64,000 nt of DNA, from NCBI GenBank assembly GCA_963666835.2, contig CAXXGO010000006.1, forward strand, positions 736,001 through 800,000, given 5' to 3'. Positions 61,432 through 64,000 of this stretch are shown piece by piece. Below the pieces are notes generated by a model that saw only the letters and a program-made list of their open reading frames with translations, was not told the DNA's origin and did no database searches. A program made the position numbers and the translations under genes. Numbering within the stretch: the stretch's first letter is position 1; each line of letters begins with the position of its first letter. Source of the DNA: Phycisphaerae bacterium (lineage in GTDB: Bacteria > Planctomycetota > Phycisphaerae > UBA1845).

Positions 61432-64000
61432 ATGGTACTCTCACGTTTTACCGGTTCGCTCGCAATAATACTGTGTTTGGTTGTCTGTGTTGTTGTGCCG
61501 ACCGCTATGGTGCGCGGCGACGGATTCTCAGACGGGCTTGGCGATTTCAATGACGACGGCTACGTCGATTTGACCGACATGGCGAGCCTGGCTGATTGTC
61601 TGCTGGGCCCGGCGGGCGGGGAATCGCCGGAGTGTGCCCCGGGTGACGCCGATTCCGATGGCGACGTGGACATGTACGATGTGGCCGCGGTGCTCAATGT
61701 GTTTGGGGCGAGCCCCGCAGACTGCAACCTCAACGGGGTGCCGGACGAACAGGACATTTACGAGGGCACCAGCGACGACTGCAACACAAACACCATTCCG
61801 GACGAATGTGAGATTGCCGACGGTAGTTGCTTCGACTGCAACTGGAATGGCATTCTCGACGTGTGCGACGTTGCTCCGGGCGGTCCGATCCACCCCGACC
61901 TTGTCCATCGTTACAGCTTCTCAACCGGACCGGAAGATTCCATCGGCGTGGCACACGGTGTAATGCACGGTGGGGCGCTTATCGAAAGCGGTGCGGTCGT
62001 TTTCGACGGGGTCGATGACTATGTGGAACTGCCGATCGGGGCGACCATTGGCACGCTTACGGATGCCACGATCGAAGCCTGGGTGGATTGGAGCCATAGC
62101 GGAGGCACTTGGCAACGCATCTTCGATATCGGAACGGATACCAGCGCCTACATGTTCCTGACGCCGAATGTCGCCGGTCATCCACGTTTCGCCATCCGGT
62201 CCCCGACCCAGAACGAGCAAATCATCGAGACGCTCGATGCGTTTCCAACGGGGCTGACCCATGTGGCTGTCGTCATAGATGACGCTGCCGGGCAGGGCTA
62301 TCTGTACATCGACGGCCAGCCGGTTGCCGAGAACCCGACCGTGACCCTGAGTCCATCCGACTTGGGCGAGTCTGCTATCGGCTACCTGGGCAAGTCGTTC
62401 TGGCCTGACCCGTTTTTCAACGGTCGGATCAGCGAGTTTAGGATTTATGCCGGAGCCTTAGAGTCCGCCGAGGTATCCGCCAGCTTCACGGCCGGACCGG
62501 ATGCGGTTGCCCCTCCGGCGAGCCCGGATTGCAACGGCAACGATGTGCCGGACGAATGCGACATCGTCCCCGGGGATTTGCCGGATTCCATTCGGCACCG
62601 CTGGAGCTTCACAACCAGTGCAGCGGACCGCATCGGCGACGCCGACGGAACCCTGCACAACGGGGCGAGTCTGACCGATCAGGGCGTGTATCTTGACGGG
62701 GAGGACGACTTCGTGGCGCTTCCTATCGGATCGACCATGGAGACCACGACGAGCTTCACCTTGGAGGCGTGGCTGACTCTGCACGGCGGCGTCAACGATC
62801 CGCGTTTGTTCGAGTGTGGGCGAGACAGTGCCAATTACTTGTTCTTGACTCCGAAGAGGGGCGGCTGGCCCGTACCGCCGCGGTACCGGATCACCCGGAA
62901 TGGGATCTCGCAGGATTCTGTGGTGGCGACGGATTCCCTGCTGCAAAGCTCGCCGGCGCACCTGGCCGTGACGTACGACGCGACGACGCAGTTGGGGCAG
63001 ATGTATATCGACGGGTTGCCCAACGGACCGAGTGTCTCGGTGTTGGCATCACCGGCCAACCTCGGAACGGGAATTCAGGCGTTTCTCGGAAAGTCGATTC
63101 TCGATGCTAACTTCTTGTATGCTACGGTTGCCGAGTTCAGAGTCTACGATGAGGCGCTGACGGCGCAGGATCTGGCGGACAACTACTCGGTCGGCCCGGA
63201 TGCGGAGAACCCGGGCGGATCATCCGACAACAACGAAAACGGCATTCCCGACGAATGCGAGGCCCAGGACTGCAATGACAACGGTGTCGCCGACTCCGAG
63301 GACATCGCGGCCGGCACCAGCTTCGACTGCAACGGGAACGCCGTTCCGGACGAATGCGATCTGGACGAAGGCACCAGTGACGACTGCAACTTCGACAACG
63401 TGCCCGATGAATGCTGGTTCGGCCCGCCGGAGGGATACGGGCTTCTGTTCGACGGGCAGACGGCGTACGTGAATTTGGGAACGCCTTCATCCTTGACGGA
63501 ACTTGCGGTGGGTGATTTCACGATAGAGACGTGGATTCGCACTGTTGATACCTCGCGGAGTATCTTGATCGGCAACTATAACGAAAACCCGGCCTGGAGC
63601 TTCGAGCTGCACTCCAACGAGCCGGGCTCGGGACATTTGCGGGTCTACCTCGCGGGCGAGGACCATCATGATGACGTCACGGTGGCAGACGGAGTCTGGC
63701 ATCACGTGGCGGTCGTGCGCAAGCTTCCTCCTGATGGATATGTCCGGATGTTCGTCGATGGTGAAGAAGCATACGCGAGCGAATCGACTATTGGCGGATA
63801 CTCCATCGGTCACGATACCATGCTGGCACGTGATCCGCGACCGCAGACGTATTACTACAACGGGGCCATGGATGAAGTTCGGGTGTGGAACCTGGTTCGC
63901 ACCGAGGATCAGATTGCCGCGGAGATGTTCAATCCGTTGACGGGGACCGAGACCGGGTTGGTCGGTTACTGGCGGCTGGATACCGGGAGCGGGTCCGTTG
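61432..64000 (+). CDS. Large secreted protein (partial): dockerin/EF-hand-like domain, DCNxNGxPDEC repeats and at least three LamG/ConA-like domains
   Basis: ATG 61432 after AGGAGG; own translation gives a signal peptide, GDFNDDGYVDLTD, FDGVDDYV..TIEAWV..HVAV..LYIDG..ISEFRIY; open to the window end. Absent from the ORF track. Confidence 0.9.
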   Translation, partial: MVLSRFTGSLAIILCLVVCVVVPTAMVRGDGFSDGLGDFNDDGYVDLTDMASLADCLLGPAGGESPECAPGDADSDGDVDMYDVAAVLNVFGASPADCNLNGVPDEQDIYEGTSDDCNTNTIPDECEIADGSCFDCNWNGILDVCDVAPGGPIHPDLVHRYSFSTGPEDSIGVAHGVMHGGALIESGAVVFDGVDDYVELPIGATIGTLTDATIEAWVDWSHSGGTWQRIFDIGTDTSAYMFLTPNVAGHPRFAIRSPTQNEQIIETLDAFPTGLTHVAVVIDDAAGQGYLYIDGQPVAENPTVTLSPSDLGESAIGYLGKSFWPDPFFNGRISEFRIYAGALESAEVSASFTAGPDAVAPPASPDCNGNDVPDECDIVPGDLPDSIRHRWSFTTSAADRIGDADGTLHNGASLTDQGVYLDGEDDFVALPIGSTMETTTSFTLEAWLTLHGGVNDPRLFECGRDSANYLFLTPKRGGWPVPPRYRITRNGISQDSVVATDSLLQSSPAHLAVTYDATTQLGQMYIDGLPNGPSVSVLASPANLGTGIQAFLGKSILDANFLYATVAEFRVYDEALTAQDLADNYSVGPDAENPGGSSDNNENGIPDECEAQDCNDNGVADSEDIAAGTSFDCNGNAVPDECDLDEGTSDDCNFDNVPDECWFGPPEGYGLLFDGQTAYVNLGTPSSLTELAVGDFTIETWIRTVDTSRSILIGNYNENPAWSFELHSNEPGSGHLRVYLAGEDHHDDVTVADGVWHHVAVVRKLPPDGYVRMFVDGEEAYASESTIGGYSIGHDTMLARDPRPQTYYYNGAMDEVRVWNLVRTEDQIAAEMFNPLTGTETGLVGYWRLDTGSGSV

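Overview
GC-rich bacterial chromosome segment, most consistent with a Planctomycetota (Phycisphaerae-like) genome. This is an inference from the ECF sigma/Ser-Thr kinase pair, IPTL-CTERM proteins and dockerin-like/Cys-rich secreted proteins. Housekeeping and envelope genes include argS, rsfS, smc, tilS, hypA/hypB, malic enzyme, a phosphohexomutase, an L,D-transpeptidase, a UbiA-type phosphoribosyltransferase, two GT-C glycosyltransferases, an AsmA-like protein and DUF368. They are separated by unusually dense mosaics of several REP-like palindrome families (about 20 copies of one GTAG-type REP). Highlights: (1) two inverted copies of an IS4-family element inserted in REP palindromes, with swapped target-site duplications that point to a ~31-kb inversion (or mis-assembly); (2) a membrane protein ending in an RGPP ribosome-arrest-like motif directly upstream of an IPTL-CTERM surface-protein gene; (3) two adjacent genes each bracketed by inverted REP pairs, one interval also containing a candidate kissing-loop RNA; (4) an open but catalytically degenerate RecQ-like gene divergent from the ECF/kinase pair; (5) a giant IPTL-CTERM gene split at a C9 tract. 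No rRNA, tRNA or CRISPR array was recognised. All calls are by eye from motifs; no database searches were run.
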